The notes under the pieces are model-generated. The model made no database searches. It saw only the letters and a list, made by a program, of their open reading frames with translations, and had not been told where the DNA came from. 64,000 bases of DNA from contig JAIPES010000002.1 of the NCBI GenBank assembly GCA_021737045.1, positions 4,641 to 68,640 of the forward strand. The letters are read 5' to 3'. The DNA is from Desulfobacteraceae bacterium (GTDB lineage: Bacteria; Desulfobacterota; Desulfobacteria; Desulfobacterales; Desulfosalsimonadaceae). The position numbers and the translations under genes were made by a program. How positions within the stretch are numbered: position 1 is the stretch's first letter; each line of letters begins with the position of its first letter. Of the stretch, positions 18,142-27,281 are shown in pieces.

Positions 18142-20799
18142 GTGGAATCAATTGCCCTGACCATCAACGGAAAAAAGGTCACCTGCCGCACAGGCGACAC
18201 CCTTCTTTCTGTTGCGGAAAAAAACAACATCTTTATCCCCGCCCTGTGCCATCACCCGGAATTAAAGCCCTACGGCGCCTGCCGCATGTGCCTGGTGGAA
18301 GATGAAAAATCCGGCCGCCTCATGGCCGCCTGCGTCACCCCGGCGGCAAAGGACATGGCCGTACTCACTGACACCGACCGAATTATTCATCACCGGAAAA
18401 ATATCGTGCGCCTGATGATGGCCGAGCACCCGGAATCGTGCATTGTCTGCTCCAAAGGCAACCGGTGCGAACTGCGGGCACTGGCCGCACGCCTTGGCAT
18501 TGCCGAAACCCGTCTCTATCCCATGCCCAACCACAAACCCTATGAGGAATTAAACCCCTTTATCGTGCGGGATCTGAGCAAGTGCATTTTATGCGGCAAA
18601 TGCATCCGCGCCGACCACGAACTGGTGGCCACAGGAGCCATTGACTACAATGACCGGGGCTTTTGCTCCAGGCCAGCCACCCTCATGGAAAGGCCCCTGG
18701 AAGACTCCACCTGCACATTTTGCGGTACCTGCGTGTCAATGTGCCCCACAGGAGCCCTTTCTGCCAAGCATGCGGGCTATGTCGGCACCCCGGAAAAACA
18801 AAAGGACTCTATCTGCGGTTTCTGCGGGGCCGGCTGCAGTCTGGCCATGGGCACCTCCGGCGGCCGGGTGGTTGAGGTCAATCCCTTAAAACTCAAGGGC
18901 AGCGTTAACGGTTCCACCCTTTGCGTGCGCGGCCATTTTGCCCATGATTTTCTAAACAATGCCGGCCGGCTGCACCAGCCCTTGATTCGCACCCGGAACG
19001 AAAACGGTGATGAAAAATTTGAACCTGCGGAATGGAACAAGGCGGTTTCCCGGGCCGCAGAATCCCTGGCGGAAATCAAGCGCACCCACGGACCCGGCAG
19101 CATTGCCTTTATCGGCTCGCCCAAGTGCAGTACAGAAGAAAATTATCTTTTCCAGAAAATCGCCCGGGTGATGTTCGGCACCAACAACGTCACCAGCACC
19201 GGCACGATCAACGGCCAGACCCTGCTGCGCCGCATGGAGGAAAAAACCATGGGCGCAGCCCGCACCATGCCCTTGTCCGAACTGGAAAAGGCAGAGGCCA
19301 TTGTAACTGTATGCTTTGACCCGGACAACACCGTGCCGGTTGCCGGCTATCACGTCAAGCGGGCCGCCCGGGCCGGCACGCCCCTGGTGACAATCGATGC
19401 CCGCAAAACGCGCCTTGCCGGATTTGCCGGAGCGCGAATCCGACCGGAATCCGGAATGGAGCCAAACGCGCGCATCCCGGCACTGATATACGCCCTTGCC
19501 GACAAAATCGCTGATCCCGGCGGAACCAGCACCGATTTTATCCGGCAATACACCAGCGGCTGGGAGGAGTGCAAAGCCGCCATTGATTCCCTTTTGTCCG
19601 CTCAGCCCCTTTCAGCCGCAGAGGAAAGGGAGATAAAACGAGCGGCTCAAATGCTTTCAGGCCGGAAAATCGGCCTTGTTCTGGGCGCGGATGTAATGGA
19701 GCAGGCCCACGGCACACAGATCGCTGATGCCGCCTTTGACCTGATCCTTGCAGCGGGCAGCATCGGCGCCTCCAACGCCGGCATTTTCATCCCGGCTCCG
19801 GAAAGCAACACCGTCGGCGCCATGGACATGGGAATGGCCCCGGATCTGCTGCCCGGCAGACACCCCCTTTCCGACCCGGAGGCCAGAAAGCACCTTGAGC
19901 GGCTCTGGAACACCAAACTTTCCCCGGATCCGGGACTGGATCTTTGCGGCATTGTCGAAGCCGCGGAATCCGGCCACTTAAAGGGTCTCTACATCATGGG
20001 CGAAAACCTGGTACGCACCCTGCCCGATCCTGATCGGGTGGCCAATGCCTTGAAAAAGATTGATTTCATAGCAACCCAGGACATTTTTGAAAACCGCACC
20101 ACCCGGCTTGCCCACGTGGTACTGCCAGGTTCCGCCTTTGCCGAGAAAGCCGGATCATTTACCAACATGGAAGGCCGGATCCAGTCCTTTTCCCAGGCTG
20201 CGACACCGCCCGGACAAGCCCTTGCCGACTGGCGCATTCTCGGCCTGCTGGCCCAGAACATGGGATATCCCGAACAATACACCACCATTGAAAAAATCCG
20301 CCAGGAAATCAGAAAAACCGTGCCCATGTATGCAGCCATCGGCAACCACCGCCAGGAATGGATCAAAAATGCGGATGCAGACACGCCTTTTTCCGGAAAC
20401 GGCCACAGGTTTACATTTGCAGCCGTTGAGCCACCGCCGCAGGCAAGCGGCCAAAAAGGCTTTACAGCCGTACTCGGCCCCCTGCGCTGGCACCTGGCCG
20501 GCGGCACCCGCACCAGCCGGTCCGCCAGAATCAACGCCTGGAACCGTGACAATCTGGCCCGGCTGTCTGCCAGTGACATCGGATCCCTGGCCATACCAGA
20601 AGGCGGAAAAATCCGCATTGTATCGGATCACGGCGCCATTGAACGCAGCTTTGTGGCCGATCCGGCAGTGTTGCCCGGACAGGTGTTTGTTCCCACGGGA
20701 TTTTCCGGAAACGAAGCCGCCGCCCTGGCCGGCATAGAGGCAATCCGGACGCCGGCACCGGCATGGCGTACCTGCAGGGTCAGCATTGAGAAAATTTAG
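18142..20799 (+). CDS. FdhA/NuoG-like Fe-S protein with a molybdopterin-oxidoreductase fold, lacking the Mo/W-ligating Cys/Sec
   Basis: GTG start after AAGGAG. [2Fe-2S] site GACRMC, HxxxCxxC, 2x[4Fe-4S] and CGFCGAGC; motifs EENYLFQK, LYIMGEN and EK.GSFTN.EGR. Confidence 0.85.
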   Translation: MESIALTINGKKVTCRTGDTLLSVAEKNNIFIPALCHHPELKPYGACRMCLVEDEKSGRLMAACVTPAAKDMAVLTDTDRIIHHRKNIVRLMMAEHPESCIVCSKGNRCELRALAARLGIAETRLYPMPNHKPYEELNPFIVRDLSKCILCGKCIRADHELVATGAIDYNDRGFCSRPATLMERPLEDSTCTFCGTCVSMCPTGALSAKHAGYVGTPEKQKDSICGFCGAGCSLAMGTSGGRVVEVNPLKLKGSVNGSTLCVRGHFAHDFLNNAGRLHQPLIRTRNENGDEKFEPAEWNKAVSRAAESLAEIKRTHGPGSIAFIGSPKCSTEENYLFQKIARVMFGTNNVTSTGTINGQTLLRRMEEKTMGAARTMPLSELEKAEAIVTVCFDPDNTVPVAGYHVKRAARAGTPLVTIDARKTRLAGFAGARIRPESGMEPNARIPALIYALADKIADPGGTSTDFIRQYTSGWEECKAAIDSLLSAQPLSAAEEREIKRAAQMLSGRKIGLVLGADVMEQAHGTQIADAAFDLILAAGSIGASNAGIFIPAPESNTVGAMDMGMAPDLLPGRHPLSDPEARKHLERLWNTKLSPDPGLDLCGIVEAAESGHLKGLYIMGENLVRTLPDPDRVANALKKIDFIATQDIFENRTTRLAHVVLPGSAFAEKAGSFTNMEGRIQSFSQAATPPGQALADWRILGLLAQNMGYPEQYTTIEKIRQEIRKTVPMYAAIGNHRQEWIKNADADTPFSGNGHRFTFAAVEPPPQASGQKGFTAVLGPLRWHLAGGTRTSRSARINAWNRDNLARLSASDIGSLAIPEGGKIRIVSDHGAIERSFVADPAVLPGQVFVPTGFSGNEAAALAGIEAIRTPAPAWRTCRVSIEKI

Positions 20800-20819
20800 A
20801 TGCCAAGGAGCAAAAGCCA

Positions 20820-21305
20820 ATGGATCCCACGCAATTTGACCGAAGCCGACTCCATGAAATCATCGGGGATTACCGGGACCGCAAATGGGCCTTGATCCCC
20901 CTTCTCCAGGAAATCCAGGAGGAATTCGGATTTATCCCCCCGGAATCCATCGAGCCCGTAGCCGAGGCCCTGAACATGTTTGCCTCACAGGTTCAGGGGG
21001 TGATCACGTTTTATTCCGGTTTTTCTTTAAAACCCAAGGGCCGCTGCGTGCTGCGGGTCTGCCGGGGAACGGCATGCCATGTCAAGGGAAGCCGGAGCAT
21101 CCTGCGGCTGGTCAAAAAGGAACTGGAACTCGAGGAAGGCGAGACCAGCTCCGACTACCAGTTCACTCTGGAAACCGTGGCATGCCTGGGAGCCTGCTTT
21201 CTGGCGCCGACCATGATGGTCAACAAGGACTACTTCGGCAGGCTCAACCCCACCAAGGTGGTCAGCGTGCTGGGCGAATACCGGAAAGACAAGGAGGATG
21301 ATTGA
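20820..21305 (+). CDS. NuoE/HydC-like [2Fe-2S] subunit
   Basis: Motifs LIPLLQ.IQ, TFYS, VCRGTACHVKG and ACLGAC..AP. Confidence 0.92.
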   Translation: MDPTQFDRSRLHEIIGDYRDRKWALIPLLQEIQEEFGFIPPESIEPVAEALNMFASQVQGVITFYSGFSLKPKGRCVLRVCRGTACHVKGSRSILRLVKKELELEEGETSSDYQFTLETVACLGACFLAPTMMVNKDYFGRLNPTKVVSVLGEYRKDKEDD

Positions 21306-21310
21306 GCGCC

Positions 21311-24300
21311 ATGAAAAAACTCACATCCATCGGACAGATCGAATGGCTCAGAAACAGGATTCTTGCGGATTCTGGCAAAAAAAAGACCGAAGTCCATGTC
21401 TGCATGACCGGATGCCGGGCCTACGGAGCTGCAGCCGTTCGCGATGCCCTGGCTGACGCCGTCACCCGCCAGGGCCTGGACAAGGAAGTCGAAATCCGTT
21501 CCACCGGATGCCACGGGTTCTGCGCCAAGGCCCCGGTGGTGGCAATTGAACCGCTGGGTGTCCAGTATCAGGAGGTGGATCCGGAAGATGCCGCGGAAAT
21601 CGTGGACAAAACCATCAAGGACCAGCAGTTCATCGAGCGCCTTGCCTACCAGGACCCAAAAACCGGGCGGTTTGTTTATTACAGAAACCAGATCCCCTTT
21701 TACCAGAAACAGGTGCGCCGGGTGCTGGCCAACTGCGGCCGGATCGACCCGACCCAAATCGAGCACTACATTGCCGCAGGCGGTTACAGGGCGTTTGTCA
21801 AGGCCTTGTCCAAAATGACCCCGGAGACGGTCATTGAAGAAGTGGTTTCCGCAAAACTGCGGGGACGCGGCGGCGCTGGCTTTCCCACGGGCATCAAGTG
21901 GCGGTTTGCCAGGCAGTCGCCCACCACCCCCAAGTACGTGGTCTGCAATGCAGACGAAGGCGATCCCGGGGCTTTCATGGACCGGGCCCTTCTGGAAGGC
22001 GATCCCCATGCGGTGATCGAGGGCATGATGATCGGCGGCTATGCCATGGGCGCGGAATACGGCATCATTTACGTGCGAGAGGAATACCCCATTGCAGTGG
22101 AGCACCTGACCCTGGCCATTGAGCAGGGAAAACAACTGGGCCTTCTGGGCGAAAACATCCTGGGCACAGGCTTTAATTTTGATCTTTCCCTGAAAATGGG
22201 TGCCGGCGCCTTTGTCTGCGGCGAGGAAACCGCCCTGATGGCCTCCATTGAGGGCAAACGGGGCATGCCCCGGCCCAGGCCCCCCTTTCCGGCCCAGGCC
22301 GGAATTGACCAAAAGCCCACAAACATCAACAACGTTGAAACCCTGGCCAACATTCCGCTGATCATCAAAAACGGCGCTGAATGGTACGGTGAACTGGGAA
22401 CCGATGCGTCCAAGGGGACCAAGATTTTTTCCCTTGCCGGCAAGGTCAACAACACCGGCCTGGTGGAAGTGCCCATCGGTACCACCATCCGGGAGGTAGT
22501 CTATGATATCGGCGGCGGCATTCCCAAGGGAAGGCAGTTTAAGGCCGTGCAGATGGGCGGGCCGGCGGGCGGATGCGTGCCGGCCAGATTTTTAAACCTG
22601 CCCATTGACTATGACACCATCCAGCGCATCGGTGCCATCATGGGCTCGGGCGGTCTTGTGGTCCTGGATGAAAACAACTGCATGGTGGAAATCGCCCGGT
22701 TCTTTTTAAATTTCACCCAGTCCGAGTCCTGCGGCAAATGCGCCCCGTGCCGGCTGGGCACCACCCAGCTTTTGGAAACCTTATCCCGCATCACCCTGGG
22801 CCAGGGACATATCAACGACATTGACACCATCAAGTCCATCGGCCACACCATGGCCGATGCCTCGCTGTGCGGCCTGGGCCAGGCCAGCCCCAAGCCGGCC
22901 CTGTCGACCCTGCGCTATTTTGAGCAGGAATACCGCGATCATATCCACGAGCACAGATGCGCCGGTGCGGTATGCGATTCCATGGTGATATCGGCCTGCC
23001 AGCACGCCTGCCCTGCCGGCATTGATGTGCCCAATTACGTGGCGGCTATCGGCAGCGGCAACTACGAGGATGCAGTAGAGATCATCCGGGAGAAAAATCC
23101 CTTTCCGGCCGTGTGCGGCCGGGTCTGCATCAATCCATGCGAATACAAGTGCCGCAGGGGCGAGCTCGACGAGCCCGTGGCCATCCGGACCCTGAAGCGG
23201 TTTGCATCGGATTATTACTATGAAAAATACGGTGCCGAGCGCGAACCCTTCCCGGTGACCCGGTCGGAAAAAGTCGCCATTGTGGGCGCCGGGCCTGCGG
23301 GCCTGACCTGTGCCTATTTTCTGGCCAAGCTCGGCTACGAGACCCGGGTGTTTGAAGCCCAGCCGGTTGGCGGCGGAATGTTAAACATCGCACTGCCCGA
23401 GTTCCGTCTGCCCAGGGATGTCATTGACATGGAAATCAAGTGGATCGAAAACGCCGGGGTGAAAATCGAGTACAATTCGCCCATTGACGCCAACCACACC
23501 CTCACCGACCTCAAAAAGGAAGGATTTGATGCGGTGTTTTTGTCCGCCGGGGCCCAGGCCAGCAAGCGCATCGGACTTCCCGGCGAGGAAGAAGGCCTGG
23601 AGGGACTTTACTACGGCTTAAACTTTCTGCGCGACGTGCGCCTTGGCCACGATATGAAACTTTCGGGTAAAACCGTGGTCATCGGCGGGGGCAATGTGGC
23701 CATGGACGTGGCCCGCACCGCCCTTCGCGCCGGCTCCGACGATGTTCAGGTCTTCTGCCTGGAAACCCGGGAAGAGATGCCGGCCTGGGACAAGGACGTG
23801 GAGGAAACCGAGGATGAAGGCGCCATTTTAAATCTGCAGTTGTCGCCGGAGCAAATCTTTGAGGAAAACGGAAAAGTCAAGGGAATCAGTTTCTCCCGCT
23901 GCCTTGCGGTATTTGACCAGGAGGGCAACTTCCGGCCGGAATGCGACATGTCCGATACCCAGTACATTGAAGCCGACAATATCATCATCTCCATCGGCCA
24001 GGCCCCGGACACCTCGTTTCTGCCCGAAGACTCCCAGCTGGAAAGGGCCTTGTGGGGTTCTCTGGCAGTGGATGAAAACACCCTGGCCACCAATGTTCCC
24101 GGGGTGTTTGCCGGCGGCGATTTCACCACCGGCCCGACCTTTGTGATCCGGGCCATTTCCTCGGGCCGGCGGGCGGCTTTGGCCATCCACAAATACCTTT
24201 CAGGCGATCAGACCCCGATTTTCATGCCGGATGAAAAGACCCGCCTGGCCCAGGAAACCGGACTGGCCCTGGAATCGGAAAGCACAGAGGATCAGCCGCG

Positions 24301-24436
24301 GGTTCAAATCGAAATCGAAAAACCCGAGGACCGCGTCTGCGACTTCAGGGAAGTTGAAAGGGGCTTTACCGCCGAGCAGGCCCATTTTGAAGCCAGGCGG
24401 TGCCTCAGGTGCGATCTTGAAAAAGAGAGGAGCTAA
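21311..24436 (+). CDS. NuoF/HydB-like FMN/NADH subunit fused to a GltD/NfnB-like FAD/NADPH domain
   Basis: Motifs RGRGGAGFP, NADEGDPGAFMDR, GAGAFVCGEET and SCGKC..CR.G; then CQHACP, CGRVC..PCE..C, GAGPAG, GGGNVAMD, FAGGD and EARRCLRC. Confidence 0.92.
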   Translation: MKKLTSIGQIEWLRNRILADSGKKKTEVHVCMTGCRAYGAAAVRDALADAVTRQGLDKEVEIRSTGCHGFCAKAPVVAIEPLGVQYQEVDPEDAAEIVDKTIKDQQFIERLAYQDPKTGRFVYYRNQIPFYQKQVRRVLANCGRIDPTQIEHYIAAGGYRAFVKALSKMTPETVIEEVVSAKLRGRGGAGFPTGIKWRFARQSPTTPKYVVCNADEGDPGAFMDRALLEGDPHAVIEGMMIGGYAMGAEYGIIYVREEYPIAVEHLTLAIEQGKQLGLLGENILGTGFNFDLSLKMGAGAFVCGEETALMASIEGKRGMPRPRPPFPAQAGIDQKPTNINNVETLANIPLIIKNGAEWYGELGTDASKGTKIFSLAGKVNNTGLVEVPIGTTIREVVYDIGGGIPKGRQFKAVQMGGPAGGCVPARFLNLPIDYDTIQRIGAIMGSGGLVVLDENNCMVEIARFFLNFTQSESCGKCAPCRLGTTQLLETLSRITLGQGHINDIDTIKSIGHTMADASLCGLGQASPKPALSTLRYFEQEYRDHIHEHRCAGAVCDSMVISACQHACPAGIDVPNYVAAIGSGNYEDAVEIIREKNPFPAVCGRVCINPCEYKCRRGELDEPVAIRTLKRFASDYYYEKYGAEREPFPVTRSEKVAIVGAGPAGLTCAYFLAKLGYETRVFEAQPVGGGMLNIALPEFRLPRDVIDMEIKWIENAGVKIEYNSPIDANHTLTDLKKEGFDAVFLSAGAQASKRIGLPGEEEGLEGLYYGLNFLRDVRLGHDMKLSGKTVVIGGGNVAMDVARTALRAGSDDVQVFCLETREEMPAWDKDVEETEDEGAILNLQLSPEQIFEENGKVKGISFSRCLAVFDQEGNFRPECDMSDTQYIEADNIIISIGQAPDTSFLPEDSQLERALWGSLAVDENTLATNVPGVFAGGDFTTGPTFVIRAISSGRRAALAIHKYLSGDQTPIFMPDEKTRLAQETGLALESESTEDQPRVQIEIEKPEDRVCDFREVERGFTAEQAHFEARRCLRCDLEKERS

Positions 24437-24441
24437 CCACC

Positions 24442-25095
24442 ATGATTCGATCCATTACCCAGCAGAAACCAATGGAGGAAATCGAGCACCTGCTCGAAGG
24501 CATGGACAGGATATTTGTCATCGGATGCGGCACCTGCACCACCCTGACCCGGACCGGCGGCGTGGAACAGGTGGCGGCCATGGCCGAAGACCTGTCTGCC
24601 AGGGGCAAGGTGCTCACCGGCACCACAGTGGTCCCCGTGGCTTGTGACAATCTCGCCGCCGATATCCTCTCGGAGTTCGGCGCGCGCATGAACCAGGCAG
24701 ACGCCTTGCTGGTAATGTCATGCGCCTATGGTGTGCAGACCATGGCCAGCCAGCTCGGCCAGATGGTGGTGCCGGCCCAGAACACCCTGTTTATCGGCAA
24801 GGAAAACGCCGCCGGCCAGTTCAACGAGATCTGCACCCAGTGCGGCACCTGCGTGATCGGCGAAACCGGCGGCATCTGCCCGGTGACCACCTGTCACAAG
24901 GGGCTTGTCAACGGTCCCTGCGGGGGTACCAACAACGGCAAATGCGAAATCGATTCCAACAAGGACTGCGCCTGGACCATGATCTATAACCGTCTAAAAG
25001 AACTGGACCGACTCGATTCCATGCGCACCTACAAAAAGCCGCGCAATCACCTGGGAGAACCCGGCCCGGGCAAATTTCTAATACCGGCGGAGTGA
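24442..25095 (+). CDS. metV: MetV, the Fe-S/Zn partner subunit of methylene-THF reductase
   Basis: CGTC and C..CG.C.....GGICP...C.KGL.NGPCGG...GKCE.....CAW. Confidence 0.9.
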   Translation: MIRSITQQKPMEEIEHLLEGMDRIFVIGCGTCTTLTRTGGVEQVAAMAEDLSARGKVLTGTTVVPVACDNLAADILSEFGARMNQADALLVMSCAYGVQTMASQLGQMVVPAQNTLFIGKENAAGQFNEICTQCGTCVIGETGGICPVTTCHKGLVNGPCGGTNNGKCEIDSNKDCAWTMIYNRLKELDRLDSMRTYKKPRNHLGEPGPGKFLIPAE

Positions 25096-25139
25096 CCCCA
25101 AAGCATAAAAAAGCGCAACACTCCCAGAATCAATATTTC

Positions 25140-25168
25140 TTAAGACTTAACACTTAAAACTTAACACT
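25140..25168 (+). repeat. Heptamer tandem repeat (ACTTAAC/ACTTAAA)
   Basis: TTAAGACTTAACACTTAAAACTTAACACT; 18 bp of it are identical to 32552-32569. Confidence 0.6.
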
Positions 25169-25189
25169 ATATTGATAAGGATACTTCCC

Positions 25190-26077
25190 ATGCCATCCGC
25201 ATTTAAAAAAGCCCTTGATTCCGGAAAATTCGTGGTCACCTCCGAGGTCGCCCCCTCCAAGGGGACCAACCTGGAAAAAATGGCACACCACGTGGAATTG
25301 TTAAAAGACAAGGTGGATGCCATGAATGTCACCGATCACCAGAGCTCCGTGATGCGCTTTCCATCCCTGGGCGGCGCGCTTCTGGTCAAAGAAAACGGCG
25401 GCGAGCCGATTCTGCAGATGACCTGCCGGGATCGAAACCGCCTGGCCCTGCAGGCCGATCTCATGTTTGCCGCCAGCCGGGGGATCAACAATGTGCTTTG
25501 CTTAACCGGTGATTCAGTGATGCTCGGCGATCACAAGGAGGCCAAGGCCGTATTTGATCTGGATTCCAGCCAGCTTGTGGCCGCGGTGCGCACCATGGAG
25601 CGGGGCAAGGACATGGCCGGAAACGAGCTGGACGGTGCCGTCAAGTTCTGTGCCGGAGCCATTGTCACCCCCGAGGCCAACCCCATCGAGCCCCAGCTGA
25701 TCAAATTTGAGAAAAAAATCGAGGCCGGCGCCGAATTCATTCAGACCCAGGCCGTCTATGATCTGGACAATTTCAAAAAATTCATGGATTACGCCCGGCA
25801 GTTTGACGCCAAGATCCTGGCCGGGGTGATCCTGCTGACATCTGCGGGCATGGCCCGGTTCATGAACAAAAACGTGGCCGGCGTCATGGTGCCCCAGAAC
25901 CTGATCGATGAAATGGCGGCCGCCCCCAAGGGCGGAGCCCTGAAAAAGGGTATTGAAATTGCCGGCCGCATGATCGCGCAGATCAAGGAAGAACAAATCT
26001 GCGACGGGGTCCACATCATGGCCATCGGCAAGGAGGAAGTAGTCCCGGACATCATGTCCGCAGCCGGGCTTCTGTAG
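25190..26077 (+). CDS. metF: 5,10-methylenetetrahydrofolate reductase
   Basis: Motifs TSEV.P, NVTD, QMTCRDRNR, LCLTGD, KIEAGAEFIQTQ and DGVHIM. Confidence 0.92.
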   Translation: MPSAFKKALDSGKFVVTSEVAPSKGTNLEKMAHHVELLKDKVDAMNVTDHQSSVMRFPSLGGALLVKENGGEPILQMTCRDRNRLALQADLMFAASRGINNVLCLTGDSVMLGDHKEAKAVFDLDSSQLVAAVRTMERGKDMAGNELDGAVKFCAGAIVTPEANPIEPQLIKFEKKIEAGAEFIQTQAVYDLDNFKKFMDYARQFDAKILAGVILLTSAGMARFMNKNVAGVMVPQNLIDEMAAAPKGGALKKGIEIAGRMIAQIKEEQICDGVHIMAIGKEEVVPDIMSAAGLL

Positions 26078-26080
26078 GGA

Positions 26081-27094
26081 TTATCCCGACCACAGAATGG
26101 AGGTGTCCACGGACTGCACCGAGGCCGTGCCGGTGAGCACCATGGTCTGAAGCAACTCCTGGCGGATCTGGGCCAGGTAGGCGGATGCCCCGTCCTTGCC
26201 TCCGCCGAGCACGGCAACCGAAAACGGCCGGCCGATCATCACGGCATCCGCGCCCAGGGCCAGCATGCGAAGCACATCTCCGCCGGAGCGCACCCCGCCG
26301 TCGGCCAGCACGGTGATCTGTCCCTGAACGGCTGCGGCCACATCACGCAGTACCCGTGCGGTTCCGGGCACGCCGTCTAAAACCCTTCCGCCGTGATTGG
26401 ACACCACGATCCCGGCAGCACCGGCATCCACACACATTTTTGCCTCATCTGCGGTCATCACCCCCTTGACCACGAATCTGGCCGGTATTCGTTCAATGAT
26501 CTCAGCAAGCCTTGCCGCCGGCTTGGGCGACACCGGCCGGCCCATCTTGCGCAGGGTCACCAGGCCGGCTGCATCCACATCCATGCCGATTACCGAAGCG
26601 CCGGCTTCCAGGGCCTTTTCCGCCTTGAAAAACAGCTCCTGGTCCTCCCACGGCTTGATAAAGGGAATGCCCCGGCCATCGAGTTCTTTGATGGCGGAAA
26701 ACCCGCTTTCATGGATGAAATCCGGCACGCCGTCGCCGGTGCATCCCAGGCAGCCCTCATCTGCGCATGCCGAAAGCTTGGCCAGGATATAGTCCTGCTC
26801 CTGCATGCCGCCGCCCATGTTAAACGACACCCCGCCAATGGGGGCGGCGATCACCGGCATGGACAGGTCAAAGCCCAGCAGGGAAAGATCCGTGTCCGGC
26901 TCTGCCGCATCATGGAGACAGCGCATGTTAAACCGGATTTCGGAAAGGGCCCGGACATTGTCCTGAAAACCTGATCCCGTGCCCAGACCGCCCATTCCCG
27001 GCACCTGCCCGGCACAGGCCCGGCCGTCGCACACCGGGCAGACCCGGCAATATCCCTTCATGAGGGTGCGTGCTTTTTCGCGTATTTCTTCCAT
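26081..27094 (-). CDS. FMN-dependent alpha-hydroxy-acid dehydrogenase family protein
   Basis: Motifs AP.GG, VVKG, VSNHGGRVLD, DGGVR.G.D and IGRP; N-terminal CRVCPVCDGRAC. Confidence 0.88.
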   Translation of the reverse strand: MEEIREKARTLMKGYCRVCPVCDGRACAGQVPGMGGLGTGSGFQDNVRALSEIRFNMRCLHDAAEPDTDLSLLGFDLSMPVIAAPIGGVSFNMGGGMQEQDYILAKLSACADEGCLGCTGDGVPDFIHESGFSAIKELDGRGIPFIKPWEDQELFFKAEKALEAGASVIGMDVDAAGLVTLRKMGRPVSPKPAARLAEIIERIPARFVVKGVMTADEAKMCVDAGAAGIVVSNHGGRVLDGVPGTARVLRDVAAAVQGQITVLADGGVRSGGDVLRMLALGADAVMIGRPFSVAVLGGGKDGASAYLAQIRQELLQTMVLTGTASVQSVDTSILWSG

Positions 27095-27281
27095 TGGTTT
27101 GTTCCTTTCCGCGTTTGCCCGTCTGATGAAAAAAAATACCTTGTGCCTGTCAACCCAACAAAGTTATTGTGCAACTATAGTAAATTGCTGGATAATGTTC
27201 AACCCCGCTGCCCGATACCCGCTCTTTTCAATCAAGGGCAGACGGTTCCCGGAATGGATAAAAATTCGGAAGGGATCGGAG

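Noticed and set aside
18091-20799. Calling the large molybdopterin-fold gene a (seleno)formate dehydrogenase
   Set aside because: There is no Cys/Sec-His at the active-site position and no in-frame TGA.
21230-22312. Long antisense ORFs (also 7548-8456, 47701-48867, 53069-54298, 56702-57607, 59593-60522, 61141-62181)
   Set aside because: Shadow frames of well-conserved GC3-rich genes on the opposite strand, with no recognisable motifs.
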